DNA of 64,000 nucleotides from Pseudomonadota bacterium (GCA_043809315.1 JAZDDX010000016.1:96001-160000), one strand, 5' to 3'. Counted from the first letter of the stretch, positions 30,622-40,581 are shown. The notes: generated by a model from the letters alone, not told the origin. Made by a program: numbers and translations.

Positions 30622-30837
30622 ATGCAAGGGCTTCACCAGGCGTTGGGGGTCAAGGACGTCATCTACGCCCTGACGCTGGAGATCGTCTTCCTCGGGGCCT
30701 GCGCGGTTTTCATCGGCCTGGGATGGTCCGAACTCAAGAAAGGGAAGGACCGGACCCGATGCTGGTTCCTGATCGGCATGGGAGGTATGTTGGCCCTCGT
30801 CAGTCTCTATGTTACCCGACTTCTGATTCGAGGTTGA
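30622..30837 (+). CDS. Small two-TM membrane protein
   Basis: Two hydrophobic stretches; ends 4 nt before xseB. Confidence 0.55.
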   Translation: MQGLHQALGVKDVIYALTLEIVFLGACAVFIGLGWSELKKGKDRTRCWFLIGMGGMLALVSLYVTRLLIRG

Positions 30838-30841
30838 CTCC

Positions 30842-31069
30842 ATGGCACGCGCGAAAACCGACATGAAGTTCGAAACCGCGATGAAAGAGCTCGGGGAGAT
30901 CGTTGCGAAGCTCGAATCCCCCGAACTCCCTCTCGAGGAGTCGATCTCTCTTTTCGAACAAGGAACCGTCCTTTCCAAGATCTGCGCCCGGAAGCTCTCG
31001 GAAGCGGAGAAAAAGATCGAGCAGCTCCTCAAGGAGCTCTCGAAGGAGACCTCTGATGCCGACGCTTGA
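30842..31069 (+). CDS. xseB: Exodeoxyribonuclease VII small subunit
   Basis: FETAMKELGEIVAKLESPELPLEESISLFEQG; precedes ispA. Confidence 0.93.
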   Translation: MARAKTDMKFETAMKELGEIVAKLESPELPLEESISLFEQGTVLSKICARKLSEAEKKIEQLLKELSKETSDADA

Positions 31070-31938
31070 GGATCTCGATCGTTTCCGCGTGACGGTCGAA
31101 AAGGCTCTCGAAGATTATTTCGCCAAGAGCCTCCCCGCCCCGCGTCTGTCCGAATCAATGAAATACAGCCTGAATGCCGGGGGGAAACGGATCCGCCCGG
31201 CCCTGGTATTTGCCGCCTGCACGGCCGCCGGAGGAAAGACCGAGGATGCCGTACCGGCCGCCTGCGCGCTCGAAATGATTCACACCTATTCCCTCATTCA
31301 CGACGATCTCCCGGCGATGGACGACGACGACCTGAGGAGAGGGAAGCCGACGAACCACAAGATTTTCGGCGACGCCCTCGCGATCCTGGCCGGAGACGGG
31401 CTCCTCACCGAAGCGTTCTCCTGCCTTTCCGACCCGAACTGGAAGATCCCCGCCGATCGGAAGATCGAGATCGTCCGGATCATCGCCGACGGTGCGGGCG
31501 CGAACGGCATGGTAGCGGGTCAGGTGCTCGACCTCGAAGCCGAGGGGAAGGGCTGCGACGAACGGACGATCGAGAAGATCCACAAGCACAAGACCGGGAA
31601 ACTCCTGATCGCGTCGGTCCTAGCCGGCGGCAAGGCGGGGGGGGGCCGCCGGGGAGAGGTTCGAGCAACTGCGGAAATATGCCGAGGCGATCGGCCTCGC
31701 GTTTCAGATCGCGGACGACATCCTCGATCTGACGGCGACGACCGAACAGCTCGGAAAAGATTCGAAGAGCGATCTGAAGAAAGGAAAAGCGACCTACCCT
31801 TCCCTCCTCGGGCTCGAAGCTTCGAAAGCGCGCGCAAAAGGGCTTCTGGACGAAGCTCTTCGCGCGATCGCTCCGTTCGGGCCCAAAGGGGAGATGCTCT
31901 CCTTCATTGCCCGGTACATCGTCGAACGGCGGGCGTGA
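31056..31938 (+). pseudogene. ispA: Farnesyl/geranylgeranyl diphosphate synthase, frameshifted in a G9 run as written
   Basis: GGKRIRP, SLIHDDLPAMDDDDLRRG in the first frame; GLAFQIADDILD and KATYPSLLG continue in another frame after GGGGGGGGG (31637-31645). Confidence 0.88.
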
Positions 31939-32675
31939 CCAAGAAACGTCTGGACCAACTCGTTCTCGAGGCGGGGCTCGCCGACACCCGATCCAAAGCC
32001 CGCGCTCTGATTCTCGCGGGAGAAATCCTGGTAGATGGCATTGCTGCCACAAAAGCCGGCATGCTCATTTCCGGGGACACACGACTGAACCTCAATCACC
32101 CAGGCCCCAGATACGTCAGCCGCGGCGGGATTAAACTGGCCGGCGCGCTCGATCATTTCGGAATCGACCCGACCGGCTGGACCTGCCTTGACGTCGGCGC
32201 CTCGACCGGCGGATTCAGCGACTGCTTGCTCCAACGTGGAGCAGCCAAGATCTTCGCCATCGATGTCGGCAGAGGGCAGCTCGACCCGAAGATCCGGAAT
32301 GATCCCCGCGTTTCCTGGAAAGAGTCGTTCCATGCGAACGATCTGACGCCGGCGACGTTCCCCTCCCCCGTTGATCTCGCGGTGGTCGACGTGTCGTTCA
32401 TCTCGCTCGAAAAAGTGCTTCCGTTCGTCCTCCCGTGCATCAAGGCCGGTGGATTTCTCCTGGCGCTCATCAAACCGCAGTTCGAAGCTTCCCCGAAAGA
32501 GGTCGGCAAAGGGGGGGTGATCCGGGATGAGAAGAAGCGGCAGGAGATCGTCGAACGGGTCACGAACTACGCACGAGAGACTCTCCATCTTCAAAAAGTT
32601 CAAACGGTCGATTCATCTCTTCCGGGACCGAAGGGAAACCGGGAGGTTTTCGTTCTCGGAAGACTGGCCGAATAA
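31935..32675 (+). CDS. tlyA: TlyA family rRNA 2'-O-methyltransferase
   Basis: KRLDQLV S4-like domain, YVSRGGIKL, LDVGASTGGF, DVSFISL, LIKPQFE, GPKGNRE; GTGA overlap with ispA. Confidence 0.93.
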   Translation: MTKKRLDQLVLEAGLADTRSKARALILAGEILVDGIAATKAGMLISGDTRLNLNHPGPRYVSRGGIKLAGALDHFGIDPTGWTCLDVGASTGGFSDCLLQRGAAKIFAIDVGRGQLDPKIRNDPRVSWKESFHANDLTPATFPSPVDLAVVDVSFISLEKVLPFVLPCIKAGGFLLALIKPQFEASPKEVGKGGVIRDEKKRQEIVERVTNYARETLHLQKVQTVDSSLPGPKGNREVFVLGRLAE

Positions 32676-32746
32676 CGGCGTAAATCAGCATAGTTGCCGA
32701 AAATCGGCTCAGAAGTTGACGCCAAACTCCATGTAGACTATAATAA

Positions 32747-32790
32747 TTTCAATCACTTAGCAGACTTGCGATCTTGGCACGGAAGTTGGG
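32747..32790 (+). promoter_or_regulatory. IHF-like site plus sigma54-like promoter (variant -12)
   Basis: TTTCAATCACTTA (32747-32759) then TTGGCACGGAAGTTGGG (32774-32790): perfect -24 box, -12 TTGG instead of TTGC. Confidence 0.6.
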
Positions 32791-32832
32791 ATAGATGGGC
32801 GTGTGCAAATGTCATCTCGGAAGGAGAATGTC

Positions 32833-34056
32833 ATGTTTCGGAAGCCTCTCGCCGTCACTTTGACCCTTTGGCTCGGTCTGGCCTTCACGCTTGGAGCCTG
32901 CGCAAAGCAGACGCCGACCACGACAGTGCCCCCCGCAAATAACACCGATATCAACAAAGCCAAAGAGCTGGCCTGTGCCCAAACGGGAGATACCTGGGAC
33001 GCCATTCTTCAGATCTGTAAAAACAAGGCAAGCACCCTCCCCCCTATTCCGACACAGAACCCCGCATCCTGCGCGGCTACGAATACCTGCGGCACCCCGA
33101 CCCCCCCTCCAGGCCAGGATCTTCACTGGACGATTTACAACCCTTGGACGTGGGTTGCCGGCGCAGTAGGCGCGTACGGGCTCTGGTTTCTGGTCCGCGG
33201 CGCGTTTCTCCACGGAGGGTGGAGCGCCGATCCGTTCCGGTTCGATTCCGATCAGTCCACCACGGCAGGCAGCGGCATTCAATCGACACAGAACTTTGTC
33301 ACGTTCAGCGACTATGAGGCAGGTTCCGGGGTGTTCCTGACAAAACCGATCGACGGAATGACCAATCAGGGCAAGTTCTACATGGCGGCGCATGTTCGAT
33401 CGAAAGATGCGATCGTAATCGGGACCCAGACCATGGGGAAAGAATCCTCGGTCTGTCTGAACGGTAAGTTCACTACGGGATCGGTCACGAGCGGGGTCAA
33501 TAAAGTACCCTTCCAGTACCAGATCGCTCAACCCAACTTGGGGCAGGAACGGATCTTCACCAACATTACGGATGTAACGGCTCTCTGCAAAGGGTTTGAG
33601 GGGGCATGGATCACCTGGCAAGAGTCAACGGGTAAATACTATATGCTCGCGGTGAACCCGATCGCTTTGGGGTTCAAACCAACCACCGAGACCAACTGGG
33701 CGGACCCCTATGTTGCAGACGGGATGTTCGCGTTCAGCGACCTGACTGCGGCAAGCGCAAGCTTCGCGTTGGAGAACGTGACCGACCCCACTCAAAGAAC
33801 AGCCTCTTTCACGATCTCGAACGGAACTGAGGTGCCCAACCTCGCGACAGTTGTTTCCGACTATGTTTCGGTGTCTAACGCGTTGATGGGACTTTTCTTG
33901 TCGGTCAACATGGCCTCTGTCGGCGGCAATACTGACCCGCCCACCAGGTACTTAAATGCATTAAAGGTCAAGAAAGTGTTCAAGATGGCCGGCGCGACCG
34001 TACCTGAGCTTACTACCGGACCGGCCGCGGCCGTGGCAACGGACTGGTCGAACTAG
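32833..34056 (+). CDS. Orphan lipoprotein (407 aa)
   Basis: AAGGAG RBS, lipobox LGAC, Pro/Thr/Cys-rich linker, internal Trp/Gly hydrophobic segment; more A/T-ending codons than neighbours. Confidence 0.8.
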   Translation: MFRKPLAVTLTLWLGLAFTLGACAKQTPTTTVPPANNTDINKAKELACAQTGDTWDAILQICKNKASTLPPIPTQNPASCAATNTCGTPTPPPGQDLHWTIYNPWTWVAGAVGAYGLWFLVRGAFLHGGWSADPFRFDSDQSTTAGSGIQSTQNFVTFSDYEAGSGVFLTKPIDGMTNQGKFYMAAHVRSKDAIVIGTQTMGKESSVCLNGKFTTGSVTSGVNKVPFQYQIAQPNLGQERIFTNITDVTALCKGFEGAWITWQESTGKYYMLAVNPIALGFKPTTETNWADPYVADGMFAFSDLTAASASFALENVTDPTQRTASFTISNGTEVPNLATVVSDYVSVSNALMGLFLSVNMASVGGNTDPPTRYLNALKVKKVFKMAGATVPELTTGPAAAVATDWSN

Positions 34057-34095
34057 AGATCCTTCGTCGTCAGGCCGTACGTCTCGCTCCGGTTC

Positions 34096-35334
34096 TTATC
34101 CCCGAAGATCCCACGGGATCGCGTAATCACGCTCTGAAATCTGCTCGATCTCTTCGACGGGGGCCACGATCAGCCCCTTCGCGATCCGCGCGCCCGGGAA
34201 CGCCTCTCGAAACGACTGGATCCCGCGCGCGTCCCTCTTCGTCAGGTTCCGCTTTCCCTTCACTTCAATCGGATAGAGCGTTCCGTCCCGTTCCAGGACA
34301 AGATCCACTTCCGCCCCCCCGTGGGACCGCCAGTGATACAGGTGCGGCGGAGTCCTCATCACCCCGCAGAGCTTCCGGACCTCGCCAAACACGGCGCTCT
34401 CGAACACCGAACCCCAGGCCGGATGACTCTCCAGCGCCAGGGGGGATGAAATCGCGAGCGCATGACAGACCAGTCCGGTGTCCGCGAAGTGTCCCTTCGG
34501 GGTGCCGCTCACTCGCTTGATGCTGTTCCGAGAATAAGCGGGCAGCTCGAACCATTGAAACGTTGCCGTAAGAATCGCGAGCCACCGTTGAGCCGTCTGC
34601 GGCGTCACCCCGATCTCGCGCCCCAACTCGCTGTAATTGATCTCTTGCGCCGTCAGCGCCGCGACAAGGCGGACAAAACGAAGAAATAGACCGAGATTCG
34701 AGATGTCCGCCATCTGCCGCACATCCCGTTCGATGTAGGTTCTTTCGTACCCCTTCCAGAAATCGGGAACCGACCCCACGGACGAAAGATGCGCCTCCGG
34801 AAGCCAGCCTTTCCAGAGCTGCGCATACAGCTTCACACCGTGACGCCGGAACTCCTTCCGCCGCCGGAGAAACCGTTCTGGGTTCGAAAGCCACCGATCG
34901 AGCCACGACGTCCCGACCCCTGCCGAACCGATCTCCCCGAGCGAGAAACCTTCCAGATCGATGAAACCCACCCGCCCGGCGAGACTTTCAGCCAGCGCTT
35001 TCATGACATTCCACTGCTGTGAGCCGGTCAGGAAGTACTGCCCTCTGCGACCCTTTCGATCCACTCTGCGCTTCAGCGCGGCGACCAGTTGCGGAATGTA
35101 CTGGATCTCATCCAGGATCAGAGGAGTCCCATGGCTCTCCAGAAACAGTTCCGGATCCTCTCGGGCTCGCCCGACATCGATCAACGGATCGAATACGACC
35201 TGCTCGGCGCGGTCCCCAAAGGTCTTCGCGAGAAGCGTGCTCTTTCCCACTTGCCGGGCTCCGGTAACGGCAACGACGGGAAAAGAGCGGGATAGTCGCA
35301 CGAGGCGGGCTGCGATCGTTCGCGGGATGTACAT
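34096..35334 (-). CDS. AAA_14-type ATPase with DUF4143 / PD-(D/E)xK-like C-terminus
   Basis: TGARQVGKS, ILDEIQ, FLTGS, TYIERDV, EVDLVLE...PIEVK. Confidence 0.9.
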   Translation of the reverse strand: MYIPRTIAARLVRLSRSFPVVAVTGARQVGKSTLLAKTFGDRAEQVVFDPLIDVGRAREDPELFLESHGTPLILDEIQYIPQLVAALKRRVDRKGRRGQYFLTGSQQWNVMKALAESLAGRVGFIDLEGFSLGEIGSAGVGTSWLDRWLSNPERFLRRRKEFRRHGVKLYAQLWKGWLPEAHLSSVGSVPDFWKGYERTYIERDVRQMADISNLGLFLRFVRLVAALTAQEINYSELGREIGVTPQTAQRWLAILTATFQWFELPAYSRNSIKRVSGTPKGHFADTGLVCHALAISSPLALESHPAWGSVFESAVFGEVRKLCGVMRTPPHLYHWRSHGGAEVDLVLERDGTLYPIEVKGKRNLTKRDARGIQSFREAFPGARIAKGLIVAPVEEIEQISERDYAIPWDLRG

Positions 35335-35339
35335 ACCTC

Positions 35340-35368
35340 GATTTTTAATGATCTAATCATCAAAAATC
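35340..35368. promoter_or_regulatory. Operator-like inverted repeat upstream of the ATPase
   Basis: GATTTTTAATGAT-CTA-ATCATCAAAAATC (13-bp arms, one mismatch). Confidence 0.6.
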
Positions 35369-35389
35369 AAGGTAAAAAATTCCTTGACT

Positions 35390-36754
35390 TTACAGATCCT
35401 TCGTCGTCAGGCCGTACTTCTTGAGCAACCGCTGCACCGATTTGCGGTCGATGCCGGCCTGCTTGGCGGCCTTTGAGATGTTCATGTTGTTGCGGCGTAA
35501 TACTTCAACGAGATAGTCCTTCTCGAACCCCTCGATCCATTTCTCTTTCGCCTCCTTGAATGGCAGCGCGCCGTCCATCGACGGGTGGGCCTGCGTCACG
35601 ATCGAGCGCTCCTGGATGTAATCGGGAAGGTTGATCACGTCGATTTCCTGCCCCTCGCAGAAGCTGAACGCCCGGTCGATCGCGTTCTTGAGTTCCCGCA
35701 CGTTCCCCGGCCACTGGTACTCCTGCAAGAGCCTCGACGCGTCCGGCGAAATCCCGGTGATGTGCTTCGCCGCATCGGCCGTCTTCTGCGCCATCTCGAA
35801 GAAGTGGTTCACCAAGAGCGGGATGTCGTCCAACCGCTTCCTAAGGGCCGGAACATAGAGCTGCACCACCGAAACACGGAAGAAGAGATCCTCGCGGAAC
35901 CTCCCCTTCTTCACCTCATCTTTGAGATTCCGGTTCGTCGCCGCCACTACGCGCACGTCGACTTTGCGCGGCCGGTCCGCCCCGACCCGCTTCACTTCCC
36001 CGGTCTCCAGAGCCCGAAGCAGCTTCGGCTGAAGGTCGAGGGAAAGCTCGCCGATCTCGTCCAGGAAGATCGTCCCGTTGTCCGCCAGCTCGAACGCCCC
36101 CTGCCGCGTCGTCGTCGCACCGGTGAACGACCCCCGTTCGTGCCCGAACAGCTCGCTCTCGATCAGGTTCTCCGCCACCGCTCCGCAATCAAAGACTATG
36201 AACGGGTTCCGCGCCCGCTTCGAGTGCTGGTGGAGCGCCTTCGCTACCAATTCTTTGCCGGTCCCCGTTTCGCCGACCACCACCACCGTCACGTTCGTCG
36301 GCGCGATCTTCTCGAGAACGCCGAATATCTTCCGCATCTCGAGCGACCGCCCGATCAGATCCCCGAACCGCGTTTTTTTCGACGGGTAGATCTCGAGCTG
36401 CTCATCCTGCGGGATGAACTTGATCCGGGTTTTGCCGATCTTGATGATCGAGTTGGCGCTCAAAAACGCCTCTTTGACCTTGAGACCTCCCACGAATGTC
36501 CCGTTCGTGGAGCCGAGGTCGCGGATCAGGTACCCCTCTTTCGTCTTCACGATCTCCGCGTGGTTCCGGGAGACCGTCTCGTCCTTGATCTGGAGGTCGC
36601 ACCCTTCCGACGTCCCGATCGAGATCGTCCCCTTGTCGACCGTGAATTCCCGGGCTCCGCCGTCCCCCTCGACGATCGAGATCTTGCTCTTCGGCAGAAG
36701 CAGGGTGGTCGGTTGTTCGCTGGCGTGGATGACTTTCGTTTCGGCTCGGGTCAC
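35390..36754 (-). CDS. Sigma54-dependent activator with one FHA domain
   Basis: VSRNH...DLGSTNGT FHA, GETGTGKE, ELFGHERGSFTGA, WPGNVRELKN, HTH; start uncertain (36754 or 36793). Confidence 0.93.
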   Translation of the reverse strand: MTRAETKVIHASEQPTTLLLPKSKISIVEGDGGAREFTVDKGTISIGTSEGCDLQIKDETVSRNHAEIVKTKEGYLIRDLGSTNGTFVGGLKVKEAFLSANSIIKIGKTRIKFIPQDEQLEIYPSKKTRFGDLIGRSLEMRKIFGVLEKIAPTNVTVVVVGETGTGKELVAKALHQHSKRARNPFIVFDCGAVAENLIESELFGHERGSFTGATTTRQGAFELADNGTIFLDEIGELSLDLQPKLLRALETGEVKRVGADRPRKVDVRVVAATNRNLKDEVKKGRFREDLFFRVSVVQLYVPALRKRLDDIPLLVNHFFEMAQKTADAAKHITGISPDASRLLQEYQWPGNVRELKNAIDRAFSFCEGQEIDVINLPDYIQERSIVTQAHPSMDGALPFKEAKEKWIEGFEKDYLVEVLRRNNMNISKAAKQAGIDRKSVQRLLKKYGLTTKDL

Positions 36755-36821
36755 AGTTTGACCATGATACCGGGACTCCCCGGCACCGATCAACCGTTTT
36801 CTGCGGAATTCCTGTCGCAGT

Positions 36822-37181
36822 TTAAGGGGGAGTCCACAGAGCGTGAAAACGCTCCGCCATCAGGGAAAGAAGGATGTCGTCGCGGAGTGACTTCGCGACC
36901 CCCTCCATCCGCTCGAAGCGGATCCCGAACCCCGATTTCCCGCCATGGAAAAAATTATCCCGCATCCGGACGACGCGACCCACGACCGGGGCCGAAACGG
37001 TCCCGTTCGAGAGGGTGAACTGAAACGGCGTGCCGATCGGCAAGACATTCTGACTTTCAATGTAGGCGCCGTAACGGGAGAGGTCGGTGATGAAACCGAA
37101 GTTCATCCCTTCCTTATCGACCGTCACGATCCCGAGGTGTGAGGGGAAGCGTCGCGCCGAACGACGCTCACGGATCTCCAT
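36822..37181 (-). CDS. Stand-alone PilZ domain protein
   Basis: ERRSARRFP (RxxxR) and DLSRYG (DxSxxG); GGAGG RBS. Confidence 0.85.
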   Translation of the reverse strand: MEIRERRSARRFPSHLGIVTVDKEGMNFGFITDLSRYGAYIESQNVLPIGTPFQFTLSNGTVSAPVVGRVVRMRDNFFHGGKSGFGIRFERMEGVAKSLRDDILLSLMAERFHALWTPP

Positions 37182-37230
37182 TCGTCCTCCCGCCACCACA
37201 CCTGCTCCTTACCACAGGTGACGGGTAGCG

Positions 37231-38523
37231 TCATCCGGAATTCTTGCTTGACACCGCCGGTTTGAAAACGTCCCACGTCTTCAGGTATTCCACCGCCCGC
37301 CGCAACTGGATGTCGCTGTCGACGGCGGTCTCTCCCCGCTTTGCCTGCAGTTTCTTCGTGTCCGGCTTCTTCGCGACCGCCGGCGCCTCGATATGCCCCT
37401 TGAGATCCCGTTCACGGAGGGTTCCGGTGTCGGCCATGGGGGGTGGGACCTCGGAGACCTCGATGTCGGGGGTGATCCCCTGCGCCTGGATCGAGCGGCC
37501 GTTCGGCGTGTAATAGCGCGCGATCGTCACCTTGAGCGCGCTCCCGTCCTCGAGATCGATGATCGTCTGCACCGATCCCTTGCCGAACGTCTGATCTCCC
37601 AGGATCACGGAGCGTTTGTGATCCTGCAGCGCCCCGGCTACGATCTCGGAGGCCGATGCGCTCCCCACGTTGACCAACGTGATCATCGGAACCGGCTTCC
37701 AGGTCCCCTCCTTGTGCGCCATCTTCACCTCCTGGAACGCCCCTTTCCTTCCCATCGTCGAGACGATCACGCCGGACTCGAGGAAAACGTCCGCCACGCG
37801 GATCGCCTGCTCGAGAAGCCCCCCCGGATTGTTCCGGAGATCGAGGATGATCCCCTTGAGTTCCTTCTTCCCCGTTTCTTTCTCGATCCTTTCCAGATGC
37901 CTGGTCAGCTCCCGGTCGGTCTTTTCCTGGAAACTCTTGATCCGGAGGTACCCGTACCCCGGCTCCAGAAGCTCGGAGGAGACTGACTTGATCCCGATCT
38001 TCTCCCGCGTGAGCGTCACCTCGTATGCCTCGGTCGCATCCTTATGCTGGAGCTGGATCGTCACCTTGGAGCCTTGCGGTCCTTTCAGTTTCTTGACCGC
38101 TTCCAGAAGGAACATCCCTTTGGTCGGCGTCCCGTTGATCTTCAAGATCGTGTCCCCCGCCTTGATCCCGGCACGGTCGGCCGGAGAATCCTCGATCGGC
38201 GCCACGATGGTGAGCGCCTCGTTCTTCACCGACAGCTCGATCCCGACCCCTTCGAACTCCCCCGACGTGTCCTCCTTGAGCTCCCGGTAGAGGTTCGGGG
38301 GCATGTACATCGTGTGCGGATCGAGGGAGGAGACCATCCCCCGGATCCCGTTGTCGATCAGCTCTTCGTCGCTGACGTCTTCGATGTAGTTCGTATCGAT
38401 GTAACTTAACACCTTCGCGAAGACCTCGAGCTTCCGGTAGACCTTCGCATCGGCGGCCCGGGCGAGCCCCGGAGCCGCAAGCGTCAAGACCGCGATCCCG
38501 ATCCAGAATCGTTTCGATTTCAT
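37231..38523 (-). CDS. ctpA: Carboxyl-terminal processing protease (S41A, PDZ)
   Basis: LDPHT, DLRNNPGGLL, SASASEIVAGALQD, TFGKGSVQ, ARYYTPNGRSIQ. Confidence 0.93.
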   Translation of the reverse strand: MKSKRFWIGIAVLTLAAPGLARAADAKVYRKLEVFAKVLSYIDTNYIEDVSDEELIDNGIRGMVSSLDPHTMYMPPNLYRELKEDTSGEFEGVGIELSVKNEALTIVAPIEDSPADRAGIKAGDTILKINGTPTKGMFLLEAVKKLKGPQGSKVTIQLQHKDATEAYEVTLTREKIGIKSVSSELLEPGYGYLRIKSFQEKTDRELTRHLERIEKETGKKELKGIILDLRNNPGGLLEQAIRVADVFLESGVIVSTMGRKGAFQEVKMAHKEGTWKPVPMITLVNVGSASASEIVAGALQDHKRSVILGDQTFGKGSVQTIIDLEDGSALKVTIARYYTPNGRSIQAQGITPDIEVSEVPPPMADTGTLRERDLKGHIEAPAVAKKPDTKKLQAKRGETAVDSDIQLRRAVEYLKTWDVFKPAVSSKNSG

Positions 38524-38539
38524 CGTTCCTCTCCCTTTC

Positions 38540-39679
38540 TCACGAACTTCCCCTTCCGAACCACGGCCACGGGTCTTCGGAGATCCCTTTTTTGCGAAGC
38601 TCGAAGTAAAGATACGACCCCTTCAGCGACCCGGTGTCCCCGACCTGGCCGACCGTCTCCCCCGCCGCCACCTTCTCCCCGACCCCCTTCTCGGTCGTCG
38701 AGAGGTGGGCGTACAGCGTGAAGTACCCGCCTCCGTGATCGAGGATCAGAACCTTACCATACCCGACGAACCACCCGGCGTAGACCACCTTCCCGTCGAA
38801 TACCGCCCGGACCTCCGACCCCTCCCGCGCGCGGAGATCGATCCCTTTGTTGTACATCCGGATCTTGAGTCTCCCGTCGGTGTACGGCCCGTACGACCGT
38901 TCCAGCACACCACGGACCGGCAGCGAAAGCCTACCGCGCATCCGGGCGAAGAGAGAATCCCCCTCGCTTTCACCCCCGCGCAGCGCCTCGATCAGTTTCT
39001 GCAAATCCCTCGACGCCTGCGTGAGCTCCCGCACGCTCTGCTCGTAGTACTCGCGTTGCGTCCGGACCAGCGAGAGGAGCTTGCTGCGCGCCTCCCTCTC
39101 CCGACTCAAGTCTCTCCGTCCCGCATCCAGGTCGGCGAGAACCTTCAGATGTTTCTTCTGGCTTAAGGTGAGCGACGCGCGCCGGCCGAGAAGTTCCTCC
39201 GCCTTCCGCTGGTACTCCTGGATCGCGATACGGTCGGAATCGATCCAGTGCCGCACGAGCCACCATCGCTCCCGAAACTCGTTCGGGGAGCGGGACGAAA
39301 GGACCACGCGGACCAGAGAGGGTTTCTTTCGCACGTACATGCTCCGCAGGCGGTGGCGGAGCTGGGATTTTCCCGACTCGATCGATTGTTCCAACTTGGC
39401 GATCGCGCTCTCGGTCGTCCCGATCCTCTCCGCCGTCTCCCGTCTCTCTTTCTCCAGGCGGACGATCTGGTCGTTCAGCCGCTCGATCCGGGAGGAGAAG
39501 ATCCCCAATTCGGTGTGAAGCGATCGTTCGCGGACGGAAAGGGTCTTGAGCTGCCCGCGTTGCTCCCCGATTTTCTGTTGATACGTTCGGAGGTTCTTCT
39601 GCTTCTCGTCGAGCACCCGATCGGCCTGGACCGGCAAAGCCCAGAGAAAGAGCATCGCCGCGACCCACCCCCGTTTCAT
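38540..39679 (-). CDS. envC: Murein hydrolase activator EnvC (coiled coil + degenerate M23)
   Basis: Long coiled coil, NKGIDL, TLYAHL, LYFELR; downstream of ftsEX. Confidence 0.88.
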   Translation of the reverse strand: MKRGWVAAMLFLWALPVQADRVLDEKQKNLRTYQQKIGEQRGQLKTLSVRERSLHTELGIFSSRIERLNDQIVRLEKERRETAERIGTTESAIAKLEQSIESGKSQLRHRLRSMYVRKKPSLVRVVLSSRSPNEFRERWWLVRHWIDSDRIAIQEYQRKAEELLGRRASLTLSQKKHLKVLADLDAGRRDLSREREARSKLLSLVRTQREYYEQSVRELTQASRDLQKLIEALRGGESEGDSLFARMRGRLSLPVRGVLERSYGPYTDGRLKIRMYNKGIDLRAREGSEVRAVFDGKVVYAGWFVGYGKVLILDHGGGYFTLYAHLSTTEKGVGEKVAAGETVGQVGDTGSLKGSYLYFELRKKGISEDPWPWFGRGSS

Positions 39680-40581
39680 GACCGGAGAAATTTCCCCACG
39701 GCGAGCGCGCTCCCGACGAAACCTAAGAGAACTCCCGCCAGAATCGCGACTCCTTGCGCCGACAGCGAAAGAAAACGGAAATCGACCGGAAGCAGCCCAT
39801 CGAAATGCATCGTCGCGTACTGCTTCCCGTATTCGAACCCGAGACGGACGGCGGCGGTGGCGAGAAGCGCCCCCATCCCCCCTTGGAACATCCCCTCGAT
39901 CAGAAATGGGGCGCGGATCGTCCGATCGGTCGCCCCAACGAGGCTTAGAATCTCGATCTCATCCCGCTTCGCATGAACCAGGATCCGGATCGTGTTGAAC
40001 ACGACGAAAACGGCCGCCGACCCAAGCGCCAAAGCGACGATGACGAAAAGGGTGTCGACGAAACCCAGAAGTCGGATCCATTGGACGAGCCATTCCCCCC
40101 CTTCTTCGACACCGTCGACCTGCGGGAGGGCCGACACGCGGCCGGTGAACTCCCGGAGCGCCTGGGTGTCCCGGAATCGCGGATCGATCTCGATTCGGAG
40201 CGAGGCCGGAAAGGGATTCTCGCCCAACGTCGAGACCGCCGACGCGAGATCCGGGTTCGCCTCGAGAAACCGTTTCCGCGCCTCGGACGAAGAGCGGAAG
40301 TCGCAGGCTCGCACGAACGATGCCCGGCAGGCGGTCCTCTCCATCTCCTCCCGTCCCACCGCTTCCCCCCCGTCCTTCAGATACACCGTCATCTCCGTCT
40401 GCCCTCGCGTCCCGAGGAAAAGGCCGCGGACGTTCCAGAACAGGAGAAACCCTCCCTCGAAGACCAGGAAGACGGTGGCGATCGTCGAGATCGTGAGCAG
40501 ATGCAGCTTCCAGCCGCTCCGAAGGTTCCGCAGGGCCGTGGAGATCGCGTATCCGGTCACGCGGGCCGAACGGGGGATCAA
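39676..40581 (-). CDS. ftsX: Cell division permease FtsX
   Basis: ENPFPASL, NTIRILV...EIEILSLVGAT...PFLIEG. Confidence 0.9.
   Translation of the reverse strand: MIPRSARVTGYAISTALRNLRSGWKLHLLTISTIATVFLVFEGGFLLFWNVRGLFLGTRGQTEMTVYLKDGGEAVGREEMERTACRASFVRACDFRSSSEARKRFLEANPDLASAVSTLGENPFPASLRIEIDPRFRDTQALREFTGRVSALPQVDGVEEGGEWLVQWIRLLGFVDTLFVIVALALGSAAVFVVFNTIRILVHAKRDEIEILSLVGATDRTIRAPFLIEGMFQGGMGALLATAAVRLGFEYGKQYATMHFDGLLPVDFRFLSLSAQGVAILAGVLLGFVGSALAVGKFLRS

Noticed and set aside
30903-32675. 590-aa IspA-TlyA fusion in the ORF track
   Set aside because: It results from the single-base frameshift in the G9 run; the linker region is out-of-frame ispA sequence
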